The notes under the pieces: generated by a model | The model's input: only the letters and a program-made list of their open reading frames with translations | What the model was told of the DNA's origin: nothing | Databases searched by the model: none | Program-made: the position numbers and the translations under genes | DNA from: Eledone cirrhosa | Taxonomy: Eukaryota | Reading direction: 5' to 3' | Length of the DNA: 64,000 bases | Assembly: GCA_964016885.1 (NCBI GenBank) | Contig: OZ024740.1 | Location: forward strand, 131,998,001 to 132,062,000 | Part shown: positions 40,795-55,500 of the stretch, piece after piece | Layout: every line of letters begins with the position of its first letter | How positions within the stretch are numbered: position 1 is the stretch's first letter

Positions 40795-43019
40795 AAACGC
40801 CTGACATACGAAGAACAAAAGGAGTTCTGGCTTGCAAGCGGATGGCGACATTCCTTTTTTTTTCAGTTGAATGTGGTGTTGCTGATTTGTAATTGATAAT
40901 AAATATCTTATATAAGTCCCGGAGGAGAAAAACGAAAACAAGATATTTCATTATGGATACGAAAAATATGCTTCATTATGGATATGAAGTTGTTCTCCAG
41001 GATGGCATTATCCCCTCGAGTGGAACGCAAATAAATAAATAATTACACTGACGAGTATCAACAACACTGTGTACAGCTAACACCTCGTCAACAAAGAATA
41101 AACATAATAATTGGTTACATATTTCTCATTCTGGTGGTAGTAGCATGGGCTACTTAAAGAAAATATCGTGCTACAAACTGGACCATTCAATCCGAACTTT
41201 CCCCCATGTACCCAATGATATTTTCTACCGTTTGAGGAAGCAATGCTATTACCACTTTCTGACAATGTTGATATCTACAATGAATATTGATGGTTTCGGT
41301 CATACCACGCAGTGTAATGTATATGCAGCATATACTATCACTCAAATCATATTTAAGTGATTTTTGTCACATGAATCCCAGTACAGGGTGTTGCAATGTC
41401 GTGTAGTCGATGACTATATCGGCAATTCGATCGAAACTCTTTGGCGAGGATGTTAAATAGAAAGAGAAATAATATTTAAGTGTGAGTGGAATCAGGAGAA
41501 ACATCAATGCTCGATTAGTTTGTATGTAGGCATGATGAAATATAAGCGTACATAATGGGAGATGTAAATGCACATATGAGACGTAATCGATTACTGGAAA
41601 TCTTTTTTTTTTGTAGTATGATAAATCTCTAACGCATGAACATAAACATATGCTTGGACGAGTGCATATGTGCGTGCCTATATATCGAACACCTATTTCT
41701 GTGCATGTACGTGTGGAACTTAAATATTGCTACTTCCAACACAGTTGACATCCAACAAAGGTTTATATATGGACTTTAAACTGAAATATCTTTTATCTGA
41801 AGTATAACAGTCGTGGTTATTTCTCACATACCCGCAGTTTCCAGCAACAGAAGATCGGTCTCAATCCGATGGTATTAATGTTATGAATATTGACATATTT
41901 AAGATATGTAAACATTTGAAGAACTATATTACATTTGTCAATAATTGCATGATTTATAGATGTCAGAAGACAAATTATTGTAAAGACACGTGCTACGCTA
42001 TATCAGAATCTATACTATAATAAAGAGAGGAGTGCGGGCAACGTACGGTTTATTTCTTTTAATCCTGTTACTAAAATAAGTTGGATTACTTTGAATCAAT
42101 AATGAATTAATATCACATAATATATTTACTAAATTTCGTAACTCTTGATTAGATATAAATAATATCATTGCTTATTTAAAATTGACTTCTTTTCAAAGTT
42201 TCACATTTCTGCACTTTCAGTATATCGCCGCCACCACATCACCTCAACTACTATATATATATATAGAAAGAGAAAGTGTGCGATGAGAGAAATACAGATA
42301 GATAGTGTGATTATGTGACAGGTATATATAGAAAGTGAGTGAAAGAGATAGATGAAGAGAGTAGGATTTTTACAACACGCTGACGCGTATGTGTGTGTAT
42401 GTGCACATAGATACATCTATATGTGTGAGTATATAACTATAATAGCGCAAACACAAACTTACAAAAATACACCCTGACGGACATACATTCACACAAATAC
42501 ACATACTTTCACACAAACAAATACATACATTCTCACATATACATTTGCACAAACACACACATACAATCATACATTCATGATAGCGTTTGATAAATTGGAA
42601 ATGGGAGTGTAAATTGAAGTAACACTTTTTATTTATTTATTTATTCACAACACAGATTAACTATTTTTTATAAACTCATATCTATTTTTCTTTTTATAAC
42701 TCATTTGTATCAAAACTTAATATAATGGTTACAGGATGGAAACACAAACAAATATAATATATACAAAGGAAAGGGAAAGGAAAACAAGGACGCTTCCAAC
42801 ATTAAAGGGATGTTTGCTCGGGCCAAAGCTATTAAGTGGTAATAGGACATTGTGTGTATGTCCACGCGCGTGAGTTATCAGTGTTCTTAAATTAGAGACG
42901 TATGTGTGTGTGTGTGTATGTGTGTGTCACTGCTTTCAAGTTAGGGACATGTATATATGTATCCCTTTCCTTCCTTTTAATCACACATACATTCACACAA
43001 ACACATACACATTCTGTGA

Positions 43020-43670
43020 CTGACGACTGGACAGGCATCCCTCAAATTTACATACATGTGAATGGAATTCTACTGAAGCAGTTAGAGAAATACAAGTTTC
43101 TCGGGGCCCTGTTTATGAGTGATGGAGTGCAGGAGGGTAAATTAAGTGCAACAATTGCAAAACCTCATGCAGTAATGTGCCAGGTTTAGCATTCAGTAAT
43201 CAGAAAGAAGGTAGGTGTAAAAGCCAAACTCACTGTCTTCCTGGTATCCCTGCCAATTCTTGCCGAGGATCATGAATCTTGGGTAATTACCAAAAGAATA
43301 CAATTGCAAATAAAAGCGGCACAAATGGGATTCCTCCGAAAGGTCTTTGGAGTAACGATACTCGATAAAGTGCATAGCTCAGAGACAGAGAGTCACTTCT
43401 GGTAGAGCCGTTACTTCTCTGAATTGAGATATCACAACTCCAATATTATGAACATGTGGTTAGAATGTCTCAGCAAAGAATCGCTGGACAGATTTTACCG
43501 GCAAAACCAACCGGCAAGTGACCCAGAAGTACACCCTGAGCAAGATAGTTGGATAAGATCCATGGTCACGCTGTGGAATCTAGCTGGATCAGATAGAGAT
43601 GTTTGCCTCGGACAGACACGCTGGAAGGAGGGTTTGAAGACTCTACCCCCACTACCCTCTCAGAAATAAG
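43020..43670 (+). mobile_element. RTE-clade LINE 3' remnant
   Basis: VNGILLKQLEKYKFLGALF, ESWVIT..., FLRKVFGVTILDKV, QLQYYEHVVRM, TGK.PR. Confidence 0.78.
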
Positions 43671-43730
43671 TGTGCGAAGAATATACTGTCAATTTACTTT
43701 GCAATTTACATATATATGTATGCATATATA

Positions 43731-43800
<70 letters not shown>

Positions 43801-45639
43801 TGCGTATAATACCAAGATGCACACTACATGTGCTAGAAGAAAATCGCCCGGGGGAAGTTTCTCTGCTAATCTGTGTAATATTGGAACTTAGAATAAAAAT
43901 CTTAAGTTTCCAGCCAGAAATGTAAGTACACCTGAAAATGTGTGTTTCCCGTTGACAGTTCTAATTGTTCTTAAAGTGTCCCCGGAAATTACAACTGGTT
44001 TTAGTAGTTTTCTGTTTCCTCACAGGCCTGTGCATATACATATTAATATATCTTCTACATGAAGGAAAAGATCAACATTGATCAAGATCTATGTAGGAGT
44101 AGAATCATAAAGTACATACTCACTTGCTTCGAGTAGACATGTTATAGGATATAAAAGGATTTGTGTTTCAGAAATATATATATTATTGCACCTATGTGTC
44201 CCTTAATTGAGATATTACCATTTCTACCATTTCTGAAATAAAATGTGACATCAAAATTCCCAATACTACTTATACTGACTAATCAACGCTCATTAAAACT
44301 ATAGAGATCAAGTATAATTGTTGCATAAAGTGACATATTTCATCCTGAATATTGCAAAATTGACAAGTATGTACACATTAATATTACTTGTTCTAACAGA
44401 TATGATATTATGAAAACATTTGAAAATTAGAGGCATAACAAATCAAACGAAAAGTAAATAGAAATCTGATTTGATGAATGTGTTTGATATCGGCATTTTC
44501 ATGGTATTCAAAGTTACAATTTCTGACTGGTTATACCGGGAAACATTTCGGCAGCATAACAAATTATGACATATATATGATCATCAAATGTGAACATTAT
44601 TATATTTATGGTATTACTAATGCAATAAAATCTAAAATTTCAAGTAACATCAAAGTCACCGGAATTTGAATATCTGATTTTACTATATTATTAATTCAAA
44701 TATCTGCGTTAAAAATAGAATTGAAATACCTACGAAATTTAGAGTGGATACGACTTCGATTTTTTAAAGTTTCACAGTATATATCAGCCCAATTTGATAA
44801 TAGTTTCTAATGTCATTGTCAATATAGATCCAACAGGTCGTCTGATGTTGATGGGAGATTTCGTGATAAAATTACATTATTAAATTTTAAAACTAAAACA
44901 ATATTTATGACATGGTAAATATGAAATCCATTTTCAACAATTAAATGAATCACTATATATTTAAATATAATTCTAGATATATATATAATCACTGAAATAT
45001 ATCTTTTGAACGGGCCCGTCTTCCTGAGGCCTGAATGCATGCATTTTTAACAAGCATGAAGGAAGATGCGAAATCGTTCTTCTTTGTTTTCCTCATCATA
45101 TTGTTGTTTCAGTTTAGGTGGTTTTATTCGCGCGAGTCACAAATCTGGTACTTTATCAAACACGCGAAGACTAGGCTTTCTTAAAGGCGGTCTTTAATCG
45201 TCTTGTCGTAAGTACGTCAATGTGTTTTTAGAATTGTGTCGGCAACTATAGTTGTCACACATTTCTCTGTCTACCCTAGTAGTCTACTGCTATTATTTCG
45301 GGGTTGTTTATTCGTGAGGCAGGTGCCCACATATATCGCAACTACCCATACTATCTGGTCACTATATCGCTACCCGCCATCTCTAGCAGTGATCTAAGTC
45401 GTGATGGGTCTGCGATATGTCCTGGGTGGCGTGAGATAGACGCACGGAGATTGCTTATACTGAGACCCTAAAACGGGCCCGAAAGGGAGCAAACTTTGAC
45501 GGTTCGAACCTGGAACATCACAACCATTACAGGAAACGAGCGGGAACTAATGCAGTAGGCTAAATGCTGCCAGTTATATATAGACGAGATTTCCTCAACA
45601 AAGTTTAGTGGCTCTGATACTGTAGATTTCGTTGGAGGA

Positions 45640-45950
45640 TGGAAACTGCACTATTCAGTGTGGTACAAGGAATAACTGCACAACCGGAAGTGGTGATAGT
45701 TACAAAACTCCGGCAGTCAGAATAAGTTATGGACTGGATTCTATTAGCAGCGACGATTTGACTCTTGAGACTTAGGCTGAAAGATAGATCTCTGTGGATG
45801 ATGAAAGTTAATGCACTAAACAAGGAGTGCGAATACAGGTATTTCTTTGGTGAAGTCACTGCAGCGTTAGATGTAGTTAAGAATGAGTAATATATCCTGA
45901 TGGGAGGGTTCAATGCACGTGTTACCACTGACCAGTTATTCCAAAACAGT
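45640..45950 (+). mobile_element. AP-endonuclease remnant of a LINE (probably RTE)
   Basis: Translates to ..LRLKDRSLWMMKVNA..ILMGGFNARV (decayed GDFNA motif). Confidence 0.55.
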
Positions 45951-46949
45951 TGTCTCCGTTTAACAGACAAGTTATTTTCCGCAGATCGTTTCTTTGATTG
46001 GGGTGCAATCGTGTGTGAAAAAAAAGATCGAAATAGGGATCCAGGCATTAGGAATGTTGTCAGGCGCTCATAACCCTATATCAGGTGGCAAATGCGACCA
46101 GTTTGGCAAATTCATTGACGTACTAATATTAGAGCACATATACTGAAATTCTAATATGTATTTCAAAGTTTCAAACAATCTATATTATGAATGAAATGAA
46201 ATCGAAACACTATGTATAATAACATATTCTCCACAGTGTAGTTAAAAGTATGAGAAAACAAAATAAAACAAAATACGACGCATTACATTTCTATTTCCAT
46301 GTCAGTGAATATTTCATACAGCTGAATATAAAAGAATTGTCCCAGTAAACGAAGAAGAAGCAAATGTTTTCTCATTTTTATATCTATAGCTAAATTAAAA
46401 ATGGAAACGCCTCCTGTGGAAATTAAGCAAAAGAAACAGAAACTGGGTCACGATACTGTCATTCGATACAGTAATCACAATTAAAAATCTTCAAATAATA
46501 TGGTTTGTGCTAAGAAATATTGGAGAATTGAATTTCTAAATATGATTATATTTACGTTCTGGAAAGTTCATTATTAAAGCTCTCAATTATTGCAGTTGTA
46601 ACAATAATTTTTTCTCTATATTCGAATATTAATGCAACTAGTGAAAGCTGATTATGTGTATAGGTTAATTGTTTATTTATAGAAACGAATACACTCACGA
46701 TCACACTCAAAAACATATACATACACACAAACACACACACACGCACGCAGAGACACACACACACACATATATATATTATACATACGTAATTTATATATGA
46801 ATCAAGAATATACCAGATTTAAACATGGTTAAACAGCTGTTTAGTCGATACTTTCAAAGTAAAGTATACATAGGCTAAATAGTAATCTCCCTGTCGCTGA
46901 GCTCTTGTCGTTTCGAAAGTATTGTTGTGGAAATGGCAAGCGCATATTC

Positions 46950-47520
46950 CTGGGAGGATCGTGGGGCAAAGTCCCCAAACACTCCCTCTAGCGAGTCCTC
47001 TCAGAAGCAACCGTCTCCAGGTGGGATCCCCAAGCCTAACCAGCCAAGCTCTTGGGTGTTATCCAGCCATCTTGCTCGAGATCTACACCTGTTGGCTTTT
47101 CCCGTAAAAATCTGCCAAGCAATTCTTTCCTGAGACATTCTAACCATATGCACATAGTATAGGAGCTGTGAACTCTCAATTCGGAGAAGTAGCGGCTCTT
47201 TCTGGAGTGACTCTTGGATCTCCGAGCTACGAACTTTAACGAGTAACGTTACACCGACGACATTTCGGAGGAACCTCATTTCGACGGCTTATATACACTA
47301 TCGTATTGTTTCGGTCATTACCCAAGATTTATGACCATAGGTAATGGTTGGCACGAAAACCGAATTGAAGACAGCAAGTATGGCATTTGCGTCAACCTCC
47401 CTTCTTCTCAATACTGAATGCTAAAGCTGGGACTTTATTGCACCAGCTTTTGAAATCCATGCACTTGATTCAGCATATTTCCTTCCATCATTCGTGAACA
47501 CTGTCCTGGTGTACATGGTA
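46950..47520 (-). mobile_element. RTE-clade LINE 3' remnant (homologous to 43020-43670)
   Basis: MRFLRNVVGVTLLVKVRSSEIQESLQKEPLLLRIESSQLLYYVHMVRM. Confidence 0.78.
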
Positions 47521-48060
47521 AAGGGGGAATCAGGAACAGAAATCAATAATAGATTTTGTAATGGTATCTGATGTTATTGATTCTGAGCAGCATGTACGTG
47601 TTCATATAAGGGTTGAGCCGTCAACTTATCACCATCTAGTTACCTGTAACTTGAGACTGCCTAAAGAGAATCAAGCCCACAAAACTGACAGGTACAGAGT
47701 GAGCTAGAGGAAAAATTAGGAATCGCTGGTGGATAAAGAAATTAGGGCCAGTTATGCAGATACTATTGCATCCAAATTCAGAGGACGTTGAGACTGAGTG
47801 GAGATTGTTAAACACTAAATAATAAACTCTCACTGCTCTCTATATCCTACTACATATATCAATCTCTCTCACAATTCACCCCCTCTCTCAATAGACCACC
47901 AAATTCTCTCCCATTCTCTGTATTCAACTACAGAACTCATTCTCTTTCGCTCTTTTAATTCCCCGTCTCTTATTAAACCAACCAATAATCTGCCGCTCTA
48001 TATATCCCACCACATACCTCACTCTCTCTCACAATTAACCCTCTCGCTAGACCACCACAG

Positions 48061-48585
48061 GAACGCTGTAATAGTTTCAAGATATTAGCTATCATCAGCA
48101 ACGTATACCTTCCTGCCAGAGGATTGAACGTTATTCGTTTCATTTTTTCCGTTTATCGTTTTCGGTGCATCCGGCCGATTAACCCACTAGATATGCAAAT
48201 TGGGCTACTCAGGCGTTAATATGCATAAGGAAAGTATATAGTTTCGGACGTTCAATCATCTGGCAGGTAGGTATACGTTGCTGACGATAGCTAATAAGCT
48301 TGAAAATAGTACAGCGTTCATTTGCCAGTGTTGAACAAACGAGCAACGGTGCTTGCTTGACACTACGGCTTAATACGGGATGTTTGTTTACAAAAACAGC
48401 GAGCATTATAATAAATGTTCGGTGAATCCATACGTACATATATATATATATGTGTGCATGTATGTATATATATATACATACTACTGTACGTCTGTATACA
48501 TATATGTATGTACGTATACATACTTATATTAAAGTAACAGCCGTACTAAGATTGGGAAATGAAATTTCGTTTCATTTTTTCCGTA
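48061..48585 (+). mobile_element. Hammerhead-bearing non-coding repeat (retrozyme-like), ~432-bp unit with an inverted 5' arm
   Basis: ttcgtttcattttttccgt at ~48135 and ~48567. HHR at 48275-48317 and an inverted HHR copy at 48063-48104. Confidence 0.75.
48275..48317 (+). ncRNA. Type I hammerhead ribozyme motif (stem III has one substitution)
   Basis: acguug-CUGACGA-uagcuaauaagcuu-GAAA-auag-UA-cagcgu. Outer helix cuggca/ugccag. Confidence 0.75.
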
Positions 48586-49765
48586 TATATATATATGGTG
48601 AAAAATGGAACGGGAACAAAACAGAGAGTCAGTACAAACAAAGGTTTATTAGTGTCACGTTCTTGAGAGTGGGGAGGGAACCACGTTTAGGGCATAAGCC
48701 TTCTTCAGGAGAACAAGTGGTGGAAGGGCGTGGCGCGTGTAGTTGTGGTGGCGGGTGGAGTGGAGAGAGGGAGGCGGGTTGTCCGCGGGGGGAGGACTGA
48801 CGGTGGTGTATCTGTGTAGGTGTACGTGTGTGTGTATGTGAATGTCAGAATTGGGGGAAGAACGAGGTTCCATGTTCAGGAAAAGGTGTGTATGTGGGGT
48901 GTGGTGTAGGTCCGTGTATGTGCGCGTGTGGATGGGGTGGGTAAGAGGGCGGGACAGGGGCGTATTCCGGAGGCTGAGTGTGTATATATGTGGGGGTACG
49001 CACGTGTGTGTTGGTGTTTATACGTTTTGTGGATGTAGGTGGCATGGTTCGAAAAAAAAGTGTGAATGTATGTCCGTGGTTAGTACCTAAGGTAGTTCCG
49101 TAGAGGATCTGCAGAGTGCCGGATATTTTCCATGTAATGGAGTGGATAGTGGGAACGATGGGAAATGGTATGTAATCCGTTGGTTGTGGTATTCGGAAGA
49201 AGCGAGATGTGGGGTTCGCGCGCATCAGGTAGTGGTCAGAAGCACAAGGCATGATGAGGCTAGAGGAGAATTACAGGTGGAGAGAATTGTGTGTCTGTCT
49301 GTGCGGAGAAGTGGTCAGAGACTCAAGGCAGGAGAAGTCATAGCAGCAGTAGAGGGGAATGGCAGGTGGAGAAAGTCAGTGTGTCAGTGTGTGCGGAGGT
49401 GCGGTGGACAGGGGAGAGGATGGGTAGGTGTGAAAGGTGTAGTGAGGAGGGGGTCATGTGGGGGGATGGGGTGTGTATTAGTAGAGGTGTTAGTGGGATG
49501 TGTGTGTATGTGAAGGTGTGTGGGTGGACGGGGAGAGGGAGAGAAAAGGTGTGGGGGACAGTTGGAGGGAGTGTAGTGTACTGTTGTGTGTGTGCGTGTT
49601 TGGATGAGTGTGTGTGAGATGACGGAGGTGTTAGTGGGTGTTAGTATACTGGTCGTGCGTAAAGGGTATAATGCGGGTGTGTTAGTGGGGGTCAGTGGTG
49701 GTAGGGTGTGTTGAGTGGGTGGTGTATGTGGGTGTGGGTGGGTGGATGTGTTCGTGTGCGTGGGG

Positions 49766-50775
<1,010 letters not shown>

Positions 50776-50799
50776 GGTGGAAAAGTAGGAAATCGGAGA

Positions 50800-52260
50800 A
50801 TAGACCGTTAAACATGTTTATTTAAAACAGCACCTACGTACGTTTCGCCCAGTTTGGCTTCTCAAGGGCATAAACAACCAAAAGTGTTCCTTACATTGCT
50901 CGGAAAGCGTTTTTGGGGTTAAGTTCACGTCAAGGTTCTTTGCCCGCAAAAATAGCGTATTTTGATTTTGCAGCAGGTCAAGGGAGGTAACTCTGGCCGG
51001 TGTTAGGGCAGTCTTTCCCGGACAAATGTTTATCTGTTACAAGATGCGGTTACAACATTACCATTCTCGATACGCACAGGGTCATGTAACCAACGCTTAT
51101 TTTGAGACGTTTAATCTCGCCCCTGTTTGTCTGGGTCGTTTGAGACTGGGTCTGGTGTGCATGGTTAGTTTGCTGGGTGATATTTTGTAGCGCCTGCCCG
51201 CCGGGCTGTTAAAACTTGTTGTACGGAGATGAGTGGCACGGTTTCACTCCTCATCCTTAAGCCATCTGAAGAAGGATATTTTTAAGCGATGTGTACAACT
51301 TATCGCTGTTTCAGCTCTGGTGTTGATGAGATCGTGGGGTGTAGTTATGATGTGGTAAAGCTCCATGAGGCAAAGATCGCACTTCCACTTGAAGCCCTGC
51401 CGACAATATCCCAGTGCGTGGAGAAGCTGATGTTTAAGTCCTTTAGTGATGTGATGTAGTCCGGGAGCGAAGTGCAGTGTCTTAAATTTTTTATTTGTGA
51501 AAGGTGGAGATGTGTTCGAAACCTAATATTGAACGGGCAGGAGGTAGACACTATATAATGTTTAAAGCTATTGTGGCTAGTTACAGTGCATCTATATATA
51601 ACCCTATCAGTCAAGCAGTATCCTCTAAGGGGCAGCGTCCTCTGTCGAGGCTGTTGCAATTTCTGTCGCGGTTCCATCCATTTCCCACGGTAAAGTTATC
51701 ATTGTTGCTGCCTACGTTGTTATCTACGCTCCCGCAGCTGTCGTTAGCACCATTACAACTCACAGCACGCGGCGTGGTGCGATTGTTATTCCGCACGTCC
51801 TGTCCTGCATGTTCCCCTGTCATTTCGCGATTATGCTGGTTGCGACTGTGGAGGCCGTTGCTAGCACAACTGGATGCTACTAGGGAGTTGTTAGGGCCGA
51901 TATAGTTATTGTGAGGTGTAGGTGCATCTGCGTCGAAATGCTGCGTCTTGGCGATCTTACTGTGGTTCGTTGTTCCTATGATGTCTGCTAGGTTAGGAGT
52001 ATATATATTGTTCCTATTAAGAACTTTTCTATACCTATGTTTGGGCGGGAAGTTGTTCTCTAAGGCTTCGATGAATATCCGGGGTATGTTGGAGGCCACA
52101 CTCCGAGAGTAGGGGGGGGGGGTAACCATAGGACGTTACGGTGGCGAGTACATGTCCTTGTACTTTTGCTACGGGTGGTTCCATCCAGGTGACCGTTCTT
52201 CTGTATGTTAATGCCCTGTAGCCCGTTATGTGCTCCTTTCACTTCATGCTCGGGTGCACT
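50800..52260 (-). mobile_element. Penelope-like element 3' remnant
   Basis: PPPYSRSVASNIPRIFIEALENNFPPKHRYRKVLNRNNI, CPL.G.CLTDRVIYRCTVT and TSLPDYITSLKD..STHWDIV, typical of the PLE thumb/GIY-YIG region. Confidence 0.82.
50830..50870 (-). ncRNA. Hammerhead motif with U3-A8 core variant in a PLE 3' repeat
   Basis: ugccc-UUGAGAA-gccaaacugggc-GAAA-CGUACG-UA-ggugc. Confidence 0.62.
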
Positions 52261-53400
52261 CTGCTCCCGTCTGCCATGTTTATGTATAGGAAGATGTCGC
52301 TCGCGACTTTTCAGTTGTACATTCTGTGTTGATACATGTATAATGTTCACATACACTTCGGCTGCTAGCACACTTTTTTATATATATGTACATATTTATA
52401 TATATATATGTGTGTGTCCGCGCGTGTGTGGTTGCATGTGCATGATATTTACGAGCTTTGTAGTCGCTAATGGTTACCAAGTACAACTTGTTGAATGTTT
52501 GAGTCTTCGGTGATTAAGTTGACAGCTTCACTAAATCTGCTTTGTAATGAAGTGAATATTTGGATATCAGAAAAAAGATAACGTCAAAGCTTCTGTGTTA
52601 ATGTTTATTCATATATACGTATTTACCTCTTTATTTAAATGCTCATGAGGGAAGGTAAATTTTACATGAATCTTGAGGCATTAGCTATATCTTGGTTGTT
52701 TACTTGCCATTAGCTAAACGGTAACACGCATTAAGATTCTCACTTTGGCTTACCCAAACGCGGTTATCTCTATAGCTGTAGAATAGTTTTGTGCTCTTTC
52801 ACCGAATCTATTCCCAGCGTAAATCACATCTTGGAAATGTTAGCCTCATAAACACATAGTCAACATTACGTTTCATCAGTATCAGTTGAAATCTAGAATG
52901 ATTCATTTATTGCTTGCCATATTGCAACTATATGTGGCCTTAACACAATTTTGGAGTTCCACTGAAGCAAGAGGAGAAGTTGAAATATCGAGGTGTCCTT
53001 TTCACGAGAGTTGTGTGACAGGTGGCAGAATTAAATGAATTAATAGCAGTTTCTGCATACGGTTATCAGAAGAAGGGATTTGTGTAAAATTCAAACACAC
53101 TATATTGTTTTCGGTGAGTAATGGTCGAAAGAATGCGATCGCTAATCAGCTGATAGAGTATTCGCATGAACGGACGTCGGTCAGGTTGCAGCACTGATAA
53201 TACGGGCGTATGATTAGAATTCCAAGAAACGCTGGATTGATTTCATGAGCAAATCCAACCGACATGAAAGCCAGATGTTGAATATCAATCAGGTTCCCAG
53301 TCAGTCTCATTTGAGGATCAAGTCGGATCAGTTGTAAACTTCGTATTTGATATAACATGCTAGAAGGTGATTTGGGGACAGTTTTTCCATGATCCGCCAT

Positions 53401-53402
53401 AG

Positions 53403-53435
<33 letters not shown>

Positions 53436-53648
53436 ACTACTACTACTACTAATACTACTACTGCTGCTGCTGCTACTACTACTACGAAGAAGAAGAAGAA
53501 GAAAAAGAAAAAGAAAAAGAAAAAGAAGAAGAAAAAGAAAAAGAAAAAGAAAAAGAAAAAGAAAAAGAAAAAGAAAAAGAAGAAGAAGAAGAAGAAGAAG
53601 AAGAAGAAGAAGAAGAAGAAGAAGAAGAAGAAGAAGAAGAAGAAGAAA
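53401..53648. repeat. Compound (AAT)/(ACT)/(AAG)/(AAAAAG) microsatellite
   Basis: Directly visible. Confidence 0.97.
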
Positions 53649-53990
53649 ATGTTTGAATCACCAGGAATGAGGCAGTACACAGCGATTAGAGTCAGAATTG
53701 TCCAAGCTATATTAATGGATATATTTATCCATTAATCAATTAATCATTAATTACTCCGATTAATCATTCTTTAGTAAATGTACTGTTATTTGCTGTGGGC
53801 AGTTCCATTCATTTTATCCTGTCCATAATACCGTTACTGAATCCTTGTCAGTTGAATATTATTCGAAACAATCTTACACGTTTGACCAAAAGCATTGAAT
53901 CTATGATGCCTAGCTCGTTATGTTTCGTACGCGATAATATGGTACACATACACACACATATAAATACATACACACACACGCACTCACACA

Positions 53991-54073
<83 letters not shown>

Positions 54074-54100
54074 AAAGAGGAATTGCTTCGACGTCACTTG

Positions 54101-54195
54101 ACATATCTGAGGAGCTTGCGAATCCAGAGTCAGGTATGGTCCACAAACAGATCGCACTTCGAGCTGTTCGCCGGAGAAACAATTGTAATAAATGT
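54101..54195 (+). ncRNA. Hammerhead motif, long imperfect stem II
   Basis: acauau-CUGAGGA-..gcgaa...uucgc..-GAAA-CAAUUG-UA-auaaaugu. Confidence 0.55.
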
Positions 54196-54243
54196 AATAC
54201 GTAATAAATTGTTTTCCGATGCATCACTAATTCTTCGTTTTCC

Positions 54244-54294
<51 letters not shown>

Positions 54295-54299
54295 ACAAT

Positions 54300-55125
54300 G
54301 GGACAAGCTTCGGGCTTGCGGCAAGAGCACTCTGGTGGGGTGTTGGTCTTAGGGCTGTTGGTGATGACCAACACCCCACCAGGGTGCTCTTGTCGTAAGC
54401 CCGAAGCTTATCACCTTCAACAGCAATGCAATACCCCCGCTGTAGTTTATGAAGCTCTGGTCACATCGAACCGATCAAATCAACCACAGGGGGTCAAATT
54501 CTATGTGGATATGGCGGAGGGCTGATTTAAGAAACGCTTCCCGAACAACCTTTAGGTACCCTAACAGGCGTTCATCCACTAAACTCGCGAACTACGTGTG
54601 GTCCCTCAAGGACTCAAGTATAGACTACTCCATTCAATGGAAAGCCATCACTAAGTCTAAGCCATATGCAAGAGGCATTCCGTTGTGTGGACTATGTATT
54701 GATGAACGAATAAATATTCTAAAGAGATTACGCAATAGTGATTGCTTAAACACGAGATTGAATTCTTCACACGTTGTCCACACGTCTGAAAACACCTCTT
54801 ACATAACTAGCAAACTCCGGATTGAATTACAACAACATACTAATTTTCTTATCAACTAGAAACTTTTCGGACGTTCGCAGTTATCTCCCTTACACCTCTC
54901 GGAATTTAGTATTGCCTGTGTGAAATTATCTTTTCTGCGCATGCGCGTTCGTACGATTGTCCTTCCTGTGTTGTATAACCATATCCATTACGAGCTGAGG
55001 ATCCGCTAAGGTGAAACAATTGTTCTCGGTATGGTAAACTAACTGTTGTGTAACCACTTCTACCTAACTCGCCCCATGGACTCAGTGCTCTACCACTACG
55101 CATATTACCTTCCAGTGTTCTACCA

Positions 55126-55130
<5 letters not shown>
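54300..55130 (+). mobile_element. 5'-truncated Penelope-like element (GIY-YIG C-terminus + 3' repeat) with inverted 5' end
   Basis: CNTPAVVYEALVT..FYVDMAEG.FKKR, STKLANYVWSLKD..YSIQWK..PY...CGLC..E. Confidence 0.88.
54985..55034 (+). ncRNA. Type I hammerhead ribozyme in a PLE 3' repeat (GUU site)
   Basis: ccauuacgag-CUGAGGA-uccgcuaaggu-GAAA-CAAUUG-UU-cucgguaugg. Confidence 0.78.
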
Positions 55131-55180
<50 letters not shown>

Positions 55181-55184
<4 letters not shown>

Positions 55185-55500
55185 AGGGTTGACGGACCCA
55201 GCATATTTATCAATGCCAGTACCGATTGTATCTCAGCGCACACAATGGGCAATGTAAGATACAATACCAGAGTATACACATAGTTATTTGCCTCAACACA
55301 GCACACGAAAAACGGGTGCCTATAAGGTTTCCGGACTCGAGTTTCTGCCGCACTAATGCAGCAGTAAGGTGCATTGCCCCATCTGACTGCATATAGTATG
55401 CAATAATGCACAATCGGCGTGTGCGGCTTCATCAGCGGGTATCGCCTAATCAATAACCAATCGATCGACAGAATCCAAACACCGGTCCATGCCGGTCATG
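55181..55500 (-). repeat. ~320-bp HHR-containing repeat, copy A (HHR 55331-55438, GUC site)
   Basis: ccg-CUGAUGA-agccgcac...gugcggca-GAAA-CUCGAG-UC-cgg. Confidence 0.8.

Noticed and set aside
42009-42030. A|TCTATACTATAATAAA, resembling a Helitron 5' end
   Set aside because: No matching 3' hairpin/CTAG was found, and the motif is low-complexity.
41085-44233. Possible minus-strand host exons (~41085-41275 and ~44123-44233) with splice-like ends
   Set aside because: No recognisable protein, and the 44.1-kb candidate has stops in all frames. Needs RNA-seq.
44990-45500. GC-richer hairpins with cgaaa
   Set aside because: No intact CUGANGA core in the required position.
48681-48715. Hammerhead-like CUGAAGA-aggcuuaugccc-UAAA (minus strand)
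   Set aside because: GAAA is mutated and no stem I partner exists. At best a decayed PLE-type motif.
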